From Raja brachyura (Eukaryota), in the NCBI GenBank assembly GCA_963514005.1, contig OY740804.1, forward strand, positions 21,328,001 through 21,392,000: a stretch of DNA of 64,000 nt, given 5' to 3'. A program made the position numbers and the translations under genes. Shown in pieces: positions 14,126 to 26,619 of this stretch. How positions within the stretch are numbered: the stretch's first letter is position 1; each line of letters begins with the position of its first letter. The notes under the pieces were generated by a model. The model saw only the letters and a program-made list of their open reading frames with translations, had not been told where the DNA came from and ran no database searches.

Positions 14126-14847
14126 GCCCATTTCCTTCGCTCCATAGATGCTGCTTCACCTGCTGAGTTTCTCCGGCATTTTTGTCTACCTTCAATTTTC
14201 CAACATCTGCAGTTCCTTCTTAAACACCTTTTTAAATGTTCAGTTGCTAACACAATCCTAGTTGTAAAACTAGTACCATTGTCCCACTGGCTGCATTCAA
14301 GACGGAGTTATAACCTCTGGCTGGAGGATATCTAAAGGCTTTATCACCTGGCCTCCAAAGTCATACATTTTCAACTCTTCCCTCATTGATATTAATTTCC
14401 AATGAGTTGTGCCCATTAAAAAAATATATAGACAAAAGGATACCAGTACACAAAAAATCAAGCTACATTAATTGGGGGAAAAATGTTGATCAATGTATAT
14501 TTTTGTAAGACCTTTATGGACCTCTTTATAATGGATTTTGATTTTAGCGGGCGGACCTACTTTGTGTCTTACTTTGGTATAAACCTACTGAATATCACCA
14601 GCAGGCCAGACAGACAACACCACCCCCGGCCTACTTCCCCACCCCATGCCTGCTGCCACCTGTATCGCTGTTTCGAGACAGACCTTAGAGCTTTGCAGCT
14701 CAGAGCAGGAAAGGCTTTGCTTTAATGTTTCAGCTGAGAAAAGGCACCTCTGTCAGTGCACTTCTTGCTCAGCCTACATTTTATTGGTGTGGTCTCTGCA
14801 CATGAAGTGCCATATATTACGCTCGGTTATATAGGACAATCAGCAAT

Positions 14848-15150
14848 ATGGTGGCGCAGCAGTAGAGTTGCTGCCTGACTCTGCTTGCAGCGCTGGAGAT
14901 ACAGATTCAATCCCGACAGGTGCTGTCTATACGGAGTTTGTACGTTCTCCCCGTGACCTGCGTGGGTTTTCTCAGAGGTCGTCGGTTTCCTCCCACACTC
15001 CAAGGACCTATAGTTATGTAGGTAAATTGCTTGGTAAATTTAATAATTGTCCCTAGTGTGTGTGGGATGGTGTTAATATGTGGGGATCGCTGGCCGGTGC
15101 GGTCCGAGTGGGCCGAAGGGCCTGTTTCCGCACTGTATCGCCAAACTATA
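14848..15150 (+). mobile_element. HE1-like V-SINE
   Basis: A-box TGGCGCAGCAG, B-box-like GATTCAATCCC, V-domain and CR1-type tail. Confidence 0.8.
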
Positions 15151-17164
15151 AAAATACCGGACACCATTCCCCCCCTCTACAGTTCATTATAACGAGGGAT
15201 TTCAGTATAACATCTGAACTCCAAGTCTAATCAAATTTGTGCATATACATTATCCATTAGCTATGCACAGTTAATAAGCATAAATGTCATGTTAGAAGGC
15301 CCGCTACAGCATACTGGCTAATACCATCACAAAAAAAACATGGGTTATAACTAATAAACATTAATTCAAGGAAAGTACAATTAAAATCAAGTGACGCTGA
15401 TTGTTGTAACGGATTGCCGAAAGGTTTGTCCAGAGGGTGAATCCTATTCCTCAAGGTGTCATTAATCTGATGGGCGTTCATTTAATCCTGGGTCATTTAA
15501 GCCACTTCTTACCGATATTCTTGGGCATTTTTCTTCATTGCCAGTTAGTTATCATTATGGTGGAAAGAAGTCAGGTTAATTCAAGACCAGAAATGAAAAC
15601 ACTGCAGGAAATGACTGATGCTAATGTTTCCCCCCCCCCCCCCAAATGTGATTGTGTGCCAAGCGTAAAGATGCACAATAGCAAGTAAACTCATTTTAAA
15701 ACACCCTATCAGAGGCAGGAGCGGCACGGAAGGCTCCTTAACTCTTTCTTCTCTACACAATGGTAAATGACAGCCATCAGTGCCAAACAGGCTTAGATTC
15801 CTAACACATGGAATTAGCATTAATACAGGGCCTTCCACATGGTAAATGGGGAAATGATGACGGGAGGAGCTCATGGAAACCCATTGAATAACAAAAGGCC
15901 ATAGAGAGTGGATGTGGAAAGGATGTTTCCACTAATGTGAGAGTCTAAAATCAGAGGACACAGCCTCAGGATAAAAGGAATGCAGATGAGGAGGAATGAG
16001 GAGGGTGATGAATCTGTGGAACTCATTGCCACAGACAGCGGTGGAGGTCATGCCTTGGGGCCGTAAAAACGGAGAATGATAGGTTCTTGATCAGTAAAGG
16101 CGTCAACGATTATGGGGAGAAGGCTGGAGATGGGGGTTAAGTGGAAAATATAGACCAGCCATGATCAAATGGCAGAATAGACTCGATGGGTCGAATGGCC
16201 TAATTCGCTTCCTATGACCACAATCACAATCCCAGCAAAATCAGATAGGATCAGTTGGGAAAGATCTGGACAGGAAGAGATGCAAGCATTCATGAACAAC
16301 TTAAACGTTGAAAGAATTGAGAGGCAGAAAGGTCTAGGGAGGAAATGCAGGTTCTTGGGCATGGCCATTAGTGTGAGAGCAATGAAGAAATCAAAGCATG
16401 CAAGAACACAGAATCAAAGGGATACTGAGATAGAAAATAAAACAGCACCTCACTGGAATTTCAGCCCATAATGTCCAAGTCAAATATGATGCCAGGATAA
16501 CCTACTCTTCTCTGCCTGCACATGATTCACATCTTTCCTTGCATATGCATGTGCCTATCCAAAAGCATTTTGAATGCCACTATCATATCTGCCTCCACCA
16601 CCATCCCTGGCAGCACATTCCAGGCACACATGCTGAGGAAACCCACATGGTCACAGGGAGAACGTGCAAACTCCGCACAGATAACACCAGAACATCAGGA
16701 TCAAACCCAGGTCTTTGGCACTGTGAGGCAGGAGCTCTGCCAGCATAATATCAATATTAAAATACATACAGAATATTGTTATTTCATACAGGACGGATTA
16801 ATAGAGTCACCAAAAATAAATTTCAAATTGCTATTGAATTACGATAGTATATATCTTAAATGTTTCTCTGTAGTGTGTGCCTTTGTACAATGTCACATGC
16901 AGGTGAAACAGGTTCATTTTGCTGCTTTTGTTAAAGAGAAAGCAGTGAGAACATAATTAATCTGCCTCTATCTTAACTGTATCACTCCAAGGCCAAAAAC
17001 TAAGTACGAGGCAATTCATTTATATTCCACACCAGAAGGTGCAGGGGGAAAATAGGGGAACTTTGGAAAACAAAGAGGATCCCAAAAAAATATTAGTGAA
17101 AGCAAAAGATATTTTAGAAATACAGAAAAAAAGCAAGTGGTTAATTTAAGTGAAGGGTGCTTAG

Positions 17165-17425
17165 GTTTATTATTGTCACTTGTGCTGCGGTACATTGAAT
17201 AGCTTTGTTTTGCTAGCTATCAAATCAGATCAGAATATACTATACATAAATACAATCACGTCCAACTCAAGTACAATAGGTAGGGAAAAGGGAAAAAGGG
17301 AGTGCAGAATATAGTTCTCAGCACTGGAGCGCATCAGCTCCATAGAGGAGAATCGGACAGTACCCCAGCTTATGGAAGGACCATTTAGAAGCCTGATAAC
17401 AGAGGGGAAGATGCTGTTCCCGAGA
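17165..17425 (-). mobile_element. Rex1/Babar-type LINE 3' end
   Basis: Minus frame encodes LGNSIFPSVIRLLN (the Rex1 C-terminal RNSFFP.AIRLLN motif), followed by a tail ending GTGACAATAATAAAC. Confidence 0.65.
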
Positions 17426-17469
17426 AGCTTACGGGCCAAAAAGAAAATGGGGTGAACGAAAAATATGGT

Positions 17470-17760
17470 TCTTTTTTTTAATATATATTTTATTGGAAGC
17501 AATTTTACAAAAAAAACTAGACAATTTTACAACAATTTCAACATGTTTCAAACAAAACATTAATTAATGAGAGAAGAAAGAGAAGAGAGAGAAAAAGGAA
17601 AGAAAGAAGAAATAAAAGAGGATATATATCTGTCGACCCACCCATGCGCCCGCTCGCCCAGCCCTACGATCAGTCTCAAATTTGTGTTCAACCATTGTAT
17701 TGCTCAAGAAATTCAATAAGAGGAGACCATATTTTTTTTAATTGTTCCATTTTATGGTTC
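17470..17760 (-). mobile_element. L1-like 3' end fragment
   Basis: Minus strand encodes KKIWSPLIEFLEQ (compare FEQTWSPYIQYL in the L1 copies), followed by a pyrimidine-rich UTR, AATAAA and an A-tail. Confidence 0.6.
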
Positions 17761-18189
17761 CGGTTTATCATTCAAGACATATGGTTCTTGATGAAACTTT
17801 GGTGCCTGTATTCATAACATCGAGATTGCATACAACCAATGTAGCTACATGGGAGAGATACCACTTAGTACCGGTTGGATTTGGTCCCCAACTAGATAAC
17901 AACTTTGGAAAAGTGGTGGTCTATAATATTATAAATAGTGGTAGAATAATTTACTGGTTTACTACTGCTGATGGCACAACGAGACCGCAGGAGGGTCCCG
18001 ACCCCAAAACGTCGCTTATCCACATTCGCCAGAGATTCTGCATGACCTGTTGAGTTACTCCGGAACTTAGAGTGCCTTTTTTGTTGGGAAACCAGTATCT
18101 GTAGTTGCTCGTGTCTGCACAATGTTTTAGCCCAGTGTTGCTGTTGCATCTCCTTTCAATCCACCCCATACAACAGTGGTAGCCGGAAC

Positions 18190-19035
18190 AGGGGTCACAG
18201 TTTAAGAATAAGGGGTAGGCCATTTAGGACGGAGATGAGGAAAAACTTGTTCACTCAGAGAGTTGTGAATCTGTGGAATTATCTGTCGCAGAAGGCAGTG
18301 GAGGCCATTTCACTGGGTATATTCAACAGAGAGTTAGCCATAGCTCTTGGGGCTAATGGAATTAAGGGATATGAGGAAAAATCAGGAACAGGGCACTGAT
18401 TCTGGATAATCAGCCATGACCATGTTGAATGAAGGTGCTAGCTCTTAGGGCTGAATGGCCTACTCCTGCACCTACTTGCTATGTTTCGATGTTTAACACA
18501 ATCATCTCTGTTGACAGGACTTCATCTGCACTATGGTGCAATACTTGGGCCTCATATCGGAGGAAGTGTGTGGTAGTGTTGGATAGGGTCCAGAGATGGT
18601 TTAAGAGTATGGCCCAGGGATGATTGGGTTAAAGTACAAGGAGTGATGATGGCTCTGGGCTTGTAATCGCTGGAGTTTAGAAGGATGATGTGGGATTTCA
18701 ATGAAACCTATTGAATAATAAAAGGCCTAGAAAGATTGATGTAAAGAGGATGTTTCCAGTAGTGGGCGAATCTAGGACCAGAGGGCACAGATGCAGAATA
18801 AATGGATGTACATTTAGAATGGTGGTGGAGGAGGAATTTCTTTAGTCAAAGGATGATGAATATGTGGAATTCATTGCCACAGACAGCTGTAGAGGCCAAG
18901 TCATTGGATCTTTTTAAAGCAGGGGTTGACGGGTAGAAGGCAGGAGAATGGGATTGAGGGGGAAAATAGATCAGCCATGATTGAATGGCAGTGGGCCGAA
19001 TGGCCTACTTCTGCTCATGTATCTTATGGTCTTAT
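18190..19035 (+). mobile_element. Two adjacent CR1-type LINE 3' fragments
   Basis: GGTCACAGTTTAAGAATAAGGGG...GAATCTGTGGAATT...GAATGGCCTACTCCTGC.. tails. Confidence 0.75.
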
Positions 19036-21744
19036 AGTCTAACACTATGATGGACACAAACTAAATCTGGCAATTTTATCTTCCAGTGATCAGCCAGCTC
19101 AGGGAGTGAGCAACGCTTGGCTAAACATGAATCAGCTCCAACAAGAAAGGATGAACTATTGTCCATCGCCACTGCATCACACTTCCCTAACACCCAGCTG
19201 GAATCTATTGGCCTGAAGTTTGACTGGACCAGATATGATCACAACAGCCAGGAGCTTGCAGACTGCTGCAGGAAGATGGGGGTGGTGGATGGAAGAGAGG
19301 ATCGCTGTCAGTGAGCGGGCTGGTGACTCACCTCCCACACCTTCAAAGTCGCTCTGGAATTTCAGAGGTTGGTTGTGGGAGGCACCCGGGTCCACGGAGG
19401 CCGAGCGGTGGCCATGTGGGGCGAGGGGACACGCGTTCAAGGTGTCGGTGGAGTGGAGTGGGCCGCTGGAGGCCCTGCAGCAGCCTGGGGCTCAATTAGA
19501 TTAGCCGCCGCTCCAAGAGGCCAGACGCACGGATTGGACGCATCCTGCAACGGTGCAGGACATCAACCGACATCGCCAGGCCAGGATGACCCCTGCAACT
19601 CCGACCCAGTGCCATCGCCAGGACAACGGGCCTCTAGGGCCAAATTAAGACTCTACATTTTTAACAAATTTGAACTGGAAGGGTGCAAGATGGCTCCAGA
19701 AACGTGGCGATTCTGTGTGCTGACGGTGAAATCTGCTGTTCTTAGACTACAAGCGTTGCACTTTGCTGCTAATTTATGATTGTGCAGGTGATTTTGCTGA
19801 ACTGCACGCAAAATAAAGAATTTCATTGCATCCAGGTACATGCGAGGATAAAGTACATGGAACCATTGAACAACTCCACCTGCATATCAAAACTCACCTA
19901 GAGAAACTCAGAAACCTCAGGATAAAGTAGCAATTAGACTTTAGAGATACAGCGCAGAAACAGGCCCTTTGGCCCATCGAGTCCATGCGGACCAGTGATC
20001 ACCCTTACACCAGCACGATCCTATACAATTTTACAGAAGCCACTTAGCCTACAAACCTGTACATCTTTGGAGTGTGGGAGAAAGCCAGAGCTTAATGATT
20101 TTATACACGATCGGGTTTCCTCTCAGCCACCAATGCACCAGAGAAAACAATCCACGGCTATCCATCCTCTCCTTATAACTAAAATATTCTAATCCAGACA
20201 TCAGTGCAATCATAAGAAAAATTTGTTATACAGTGTATTAATTACACCCTGGGAGAAGGCTTTGACAGTTGTCCATAATTTGGAACACTTCTATTTTACT
20301 GCTCCACTCCAAAGGAACGGAGCACAGATAACAAAAGCTGCCTCGCCAACAGTATCCATGGCACATATTAACACATTTTTGTGTGATCGTTATGTCTTCA
20401 CGGTTCAGTACTCATCATTCCATCGTAAACCTCGCTGCTAAATTACTTGCTGATTTATGCATTACTCTTTTTACTCAATTTACACACACAAGCACTACAG
20501 AGTCCTGTTAATATTCCTGCAGCCATGAATCTAACCTCTCAATTCAGCATTATTTTCCGGAAGATTTAATTGACAATTTAAAGGGAAGTACAGTGGTGCA
20601 GCAGGTAGGGTTACAACCTCACAGTGCCAGAGACCCAGGTTTGATCCTGACCTCCGGTGCTGTCTGTGTGGAGTTTGCTCGTTCGCCCTGTAACTGGGCG
20701 GGTTTCCTCCAGGTGGTCCAGTTTCCTCCCACATTCCAAAGACATGTGGGCTTGTAGGTTAATTTGCCTCTTCAAATAGCACCTAATTGGTAGGGAGTGG
20801 ATGAGAAAGTGGGATGCATATAATTAGTGTGAATTAGTGTTTAGTCCTATGACTGTATGGTGACCCCAAATTTCACAGTACCAATTGGTGCATGTGACAA
20901 TAAATGTCTCTTGAATGGGTAAATGATGGTCGGCATGGACTCAGTGGGCTGAAAGGCCTGTTTCCGTGCTGTATCTAAACTATCTCAAATTACTCCACTT
21001 AAAACGCCCTCTAGTGCTTGATATTTCCATCCTGGGAAAATGGCTCTACCCAATCTAGTAATTTGACGTACTTCTATTAGGTGTCCTTTCAACATTTGAC
21101 ATACTGGAGAAAATCTTATTTTGCTGCACATCATTCACCCATTAACTAATTGCAACTTGACCAAGTCGGGAGGTTGGATTTTGTAAAGACCTTATTTGGC
21201 ATTTCTCGAACTTGGGCTAAATCTAGTTCAGTCATAGACATTTCCAGTAATTAGATTTACCGTATTCTTTGTGATCTTATGTGACACAGAGGTGGAATTA
21301 CGTTGCCCAACATTGGATTGGCAAATTCAGCATCCTTCTGTGCACCTTAATGTGTGCACACCTGGACACACGGTGACCTCGGCGCACAGAAGGTCAGTTG
21401 CTGTAGGCGACAGACGGCATGTTTGTGGTGGTGGCGGTGGCGGACGCGGCTGCGGGAAGTCCTACTGCAGCCGGCCGAGCGAATCGAGCACAGCCTGCGG
21501 CAGCTGCACCGTGTGACGGTGGAAGGAGCCGACGGCATCGCGCTGGGCCAGACCCACCCCTACTTCACCCATCCTGTGTCGCCAGGACACCAGGCCTTAA
21601 TGTGAGGAAACAGGAAGCTGCACATCTCCTCGAGCCAAGATCGGACTTTCCAGAGACATGGAACGTGCAAGATGGCGCCAAATCGTGGTGGCTCTCTGCG
21701 TGCTGTTCCAGAAGAGGATCTATTGTATTCATGTTGAAACGAGG

Positions 21745-22235
21745 AACTGCAGATGCTGGTTAACACACAAAAGGACACAAATTGGTGGAGTAACTCAGTG
21801 GGTCAGGCAGCATCTTGGGGGATAAAAGATGGGTGATGTTTCGGGTCAGGCCCCTCCTTCAGAATGAGAGTAGGGGGTGGGGGTGAAGAGCTGGAGGCGA
21901 GAAAGGGCTAACCACTAATGACCTCGGGCAGGGTGGTGCCGGATGGGTCCATTGTTGGTTCGGGAAGGGATGATCTCAAGAGAAACAATGTGGAGCACTA
22001 TGGAACTAGGCTGGAGAAAGGGAGCAAGGGAGCTGGGCGGCGTAAGATGGGTTTACTTAAACTTAGAGAACTCAACGATCATACTACTGGGTGTAAGCTG
22101 CCCAAGCAAAATACGAAGGTTGCTCCTGCAATTTGTATGTGGCCTCACTCTGACAGTGGAGGCAGCCCAGGACAGAACTCTGGATGAAAATGGGAAGGAG
22201 AGTTAAAATGGTTGGCAACCAGGAGATCCTGTCGG
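21745..22235 (-). mobile_element. Penelope-like element 3' fragment (GIY-YIG C-terminus + 3' repeat)
   Basis: Minus strand encodes DLLVANHFNSPSH..VLGCLHCQSEATYKLQEQ, followed by the hammerhead-bearing repeat. Confidence 0.7.
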
Positions 22236-22563
22236 CCGTTAACGAGTTAACGGTGAGCAAAGATCCTATAGCGGATCTTTGATGGTGAGTTAATGGTAAC
22301 TAATCATATCCAGAGATGCTGCCTGATCTGCTAAGTTACTCCAACACTTTATGTTCTAATGTGTTCCTCGTACAGTGCCATTTGACCAGGTGGCATGCAG
22401 AACAAGCACTTCACTGTCTCAGTGCATAAACTAATCTTCTATATCTTGGTGTAATGCCAATACAGTTTAAGATGCTATAAAAATGAAATGGCAAATTCAA
22501 AATCAAATAACATTAACCCTGCACCTCCACCTAATGGGGGAAATGTGTGGAGTGCATTTTGTA

Positions 22564-22757
22564 TAGGAAGGAACTGCAGATATTGGTTTAAACCAAAGAT
22601 AGACACAAAAAGCTGGAGTAACTCAGAGGGACAGGCAGCATCTCTGGAGAGAAGCTCATCTCTTCAGAAGGGTCTCGACTCGAAACGTCACCCATTCCTT
22701 CTCTCCAGAGTTGCTGCCTGTCCCGCTGAGTTACTCCAGCTTTTTGTGTCTATCTTA
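22564..22757. mobile_element. Penelope-derived fold-back element with 13-bp TSD
   Basis: AGTGCATTTTGTA at 22551-22563 and 22758-22770; ~59-bp inverted arms. Confidence 0.8.
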
Positions 22758-23475
22758 AGTGCATTTTGTACATTGATCACAGAGAGAGCAGGGAAAATCA
22801 TTTCCTCAAGAACGTAGCGTAAGCCTTTACACTGATTGAATGAATGTCAGAATGCCAAGTTGATCTGACTTCATAAGTTGCAGAGAAAAAATCTTTAAAT
22901 GTTCCATACAGCATCCAGCCAGAAACGTAAAACATTACAGTTAAATTTAATACAAAACCTCATTCACAGAAAAATCTTTTACGCCAAACAAAAATGCTGC
23001 ACATGCTGGAAAACTGCAGTGAAGGCAGAAGATGCTGAACGACAGTAAAAGTAACGACAGAAATAGCCCAGAAGACAGGCAGCATCTTGGAAAGAGAAGA
23101 GTTTAGCTTATTATCCAGTGTACCAAGGTACAGTGAAGAGCTTTTTTGTTGTGTGCTATCCAGTCAGCAGAAAGACTATACATGGTTACAATCGAGTCAT
23201 CCAGTGATACAGGATAAAGGGATTAATGTGAATAAAGGGAATAACGCAAATAGTAGTTTAAAAAAAAAATCCAGTGGATGTGAATGCGGTTAAGTATTTT
23301 AGGTCAAGACGCTGAGTTTAATGTACAATTGTTAAAGAGTACTTTAACAAGAGTACAATTGTTAAAGAGTACTTTAACAATGCTAATATTTTTGAAGAAT
23401 GATGGTGACAAGTGGCAGAACAGAATGTGACTCAATTTGTACACTATCAGGCAAACCTCTGACCACATCTACATT

Positions 23476-24095
23476 CACTGCTCCAAGGCAGTGAAGATAG
23501 CGAATGGCATGTTGGCCTTCATTACAAGAGGAGTTGAGTATAGGAGCAAAGAGGTCCTCCTGCAGCGGTACAGGGCCTGAGTGAGACCACACCTGGAGTA
23601 TTTTGTGTGCAGTTTTGGTCTCCAAACCTGAGGCAGGACATTTTTGCTATTGAGGGAGTGTAGCATAGGTTCACCAGGTTAATTCCAGGGGTTGCAGGAC
23701 TGTCATATGTTGATAGATTGGAGCTGCTGGGCTTGTACACTCTGGAATTCAGAAGCCATGAGAGGGGATCTTACTGAAACACATGTTGAAAAAACCTCAC
23801 GAGTTTACCGGATTTCCCGAGTACCTACCATTACTGGTACCAGCAGCTACCAGACATCCACCAACTCCTACAGACCCACTATGGACAGTCTCCGAGTTCG
23901 AATCAGGGGAAAACTCTTGAATTACCTCGTACAGTGGGACAGGACCTTTAGATAGAGCTCTTAGGGATAATGGCGTTAAGGAATATGGAGAGAAGGCAGA
24001 AACGAGGTACTGATTGTGGATGGTCAGCCATGATCACATTGCATGGCGGTGCTGGCTCGAAGGGCTGAGTGGCCTACTCCTGCACCTATTGTCTA
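23476..24095 (+). mobile_element. CR1-type LINE 3' fragment with a nested Harbinger-like MITE fragment (~23780-23948)
   Basis: CR1 ORF2 end (RPHLEY..QFWSP); the nested segment ends CAGTGGGACAGGACCTTTA. Confidence 0.7.
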
Positions 24096-26067
24096 AAACA
24101 AGAGCACCAACGTCACCATTTGCACTTTTATATTCCTTCCCGTCAGATCGACCAAGCCTTCATCAGCGCGCATGCATTGCCACTGCACAGCCGGCGTTGC
24201 AATGAAACAGTTCCAATTGTGTCTGGTACTTCTGATGGTCAAAACACAAGGTGCTGGAGGTACTCAGTAGGTAGGCAGCATCTGTGGAAGGAATAGACAG
24301 ACGAGGTTTCGGCTCGGGACCCTCCGAACAGTGCATTCCGTTCACGCAGTCTGAAGAAGGGTCCGAGCTGAAACGTCGCCTATCCCTGTTCCTGCACAGA
24401 CGCTGCCTGGTCCGCCGAGTTCCTCCGCCACTTCGTCTCCATTTGTGTAAACCGGCACCTTCAGTTCCTTGTTTCTACTCTCCATAGATGCTGCCCGACC
24501 CGCTGAGTACCTCCAGTGTACTTTGTGTTTTGCTCAAGAATGTAGATTCTGCAATGTCTCCAATCAGACAGAGGAGGTGGTTGATGCAACGTGGTGCCAA
24601 AGAGGACGAGCGGTCCATTGAAAGCCCTCCATCCCTGTCCGAACGGCGGCGAGTGGCCACACACCCGCCAGTGGCGAGATGCAAGGCCAGGAAATGAATG
24701 GAAACTTACAAAGGAAGGGAATACAACGCTGATGTTTTCTCGTTGGAGGAACAATGATGGAAAAAAACCACACACGAAGATGGGGTGATATTGTTCATTA
24801 ACAAGAAGAAGTGAGAACAGATGGTTTCAATCAAGATCTTAAAGAGGCGTTACAAAGAACTGCTGATGCTGGTTTACAAGAAAAAGTGCTGGAGGAACTC
24901 AGCGGGTCAGGCAACATCTGTGGAGAATATGGATGCGTTGGATAAATAGATAAGATCTGAAACATCACCCATCAGTGTCCTCCAGAAATGCTGCTTGACC
25001 CCGCTAAGTTACTCCAGCATTCTGTGTCTTTTATTTTTAATATATGAAGAAGCACCTGCTGTTCCTTGCAACGCCTCTCTAAGACGATTGAAAATAAATC
25101 TGCTCCGATTCAGTCACCAACGAACTTCTTGTTAATTAACCATCTTATTACGACACCCCATCTTAAGGTTTTGTTTATATAACTGAATACATTGTTAATC
25201 TAATAAGGAACTCTGGTTAGTTTTGGTTAAGTGTAGGTTGTCTATGGTCCTTGTACTGCTGGACATTGAGGGGCAGAGTCCGGCGGGGACACTCCTCAGC
25301 AGGGGAAGGGATATCACCCCGGCGGGGGACACACACGAGTAGCAAGGGTGTCTGCAATGTTCAAAGACAGGAGTGAAAAGTGAGTGCGACACTTATTGAA
25401 TGTAGCGAATATACGAAGAATATTACACTTTTTATTTGGACATTGTTTTATTTTGAATTAAGTTTAATTTTTTTTAAATAATTAGAAGGGTTCCATGCTC
25501 TTGTTAGTCTGGCAGCATCTCAGGAGAACATGGATAGGTGGCGTTTCAGGCCATATCTGGACATCCAACGCCACCCAGCAAATGTCTCCTATCTCCAGAG
25601 ATGCTGCCTGACCCGTGAGTTACTCCAGCACTTTGTGGCTTTGAAGAATGGTCCCGAGCCAAAACGTCACCTATGTTTGTTCTCCAGAGATGCTGCCCGA
25701 CCCGCTGAGTTACTCCAGTGTCTATCTTCGGTGCAAACCGGCGCCTGCGTTTTGCTTTTTATTCCAATCGCTTGTGCGTGGTGTATTTCGATGCGGGGAC
25801 ACGAGTTGAAAGTTGGGAGAGCCGAGAAGCTTTGCAAACGGATTAAATACTGGTTGAAGCCGCCCAAATAGCCGAATGGTGCAGAGTAAACACCGCTATA
25901 CAAGAGCCACTTGGACTTCCAGCTCCACGACGCTGCCTCACACGCTAATGTTTCCAGATTCCAGATCTCACCACCGCTGGCAGCAACTCAAGTTAACATC
26001 GAATTTCCATCATGGGTTAATACACAATTAGACATTAACCAAAGGTTCAGTTATGTGTTACAGTAAT

Positions 26068-26430
26068 AGAAACATAGAAGATAGGTGCAGGAGTAGGCCA
26101 TTCGGCCCTTCGAGTCTGTATTGCCATTCGATATGATCATGGCTGATCATCCAACTCAGTATCCCGTACCTGCCTTCTCTCCATACCCCCTGATCCCCTT
26201 AGCCACAAGGGCCACATCTAACTCCCTCTTAAATATAGCCATGAACTGACTTCAACTACCCTCTGTGGCAGAAAATTCCACAGATTCACCACTCTCTGTG
26301 TGAAAAATGTTTTTCTCATCTCGGTCCTATAAGACTTCCCGCTTATCCTTAAATTGTGACCCCTTGTTCTGGACTTCCCCAACATCGGGAACAACCTTCC
26401 TGCATCTAGCCTGTCCAACCCCTTAAAAAT
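26068..26430 (-). mobile_element. Young CR1-type LINE 3' end
   Basis: LDAGRLFPMLGKSRTRGHNLRI..FFTQRVVNLWN; near-identical to copies at 51878-52097, 57385-57912 and 63977-64000. Confidence 0.85.
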
Positions 26431-26619
26431 TTAAACTATCTCTACGATATATAACGTTAAGACTGTGATTCTGCATGGTTAAGACTGTACATCTTGTTTT
26501 TAAAGTCTGAAGAAGGGTCTCGACCAGAAACGTCATCCATTCCTTCTACCCGGAGATGCCTGCCTGCCTGCCCCGCTGAGTGACTCCAGCATTTTGTGTC
26601 TATCTTATTTTTTGATTGA

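Noticed and set aside
21003-21020. CTCF-like GCCCTCTAGTG
   Set aside because: Part of a CR1 fragment (similar text at ~59438) and only a partial match.
23323-23380. CRISPR-like palindromic direct repeat
   Set aside because: Two copies with no spacer, in a vertebrate intron.
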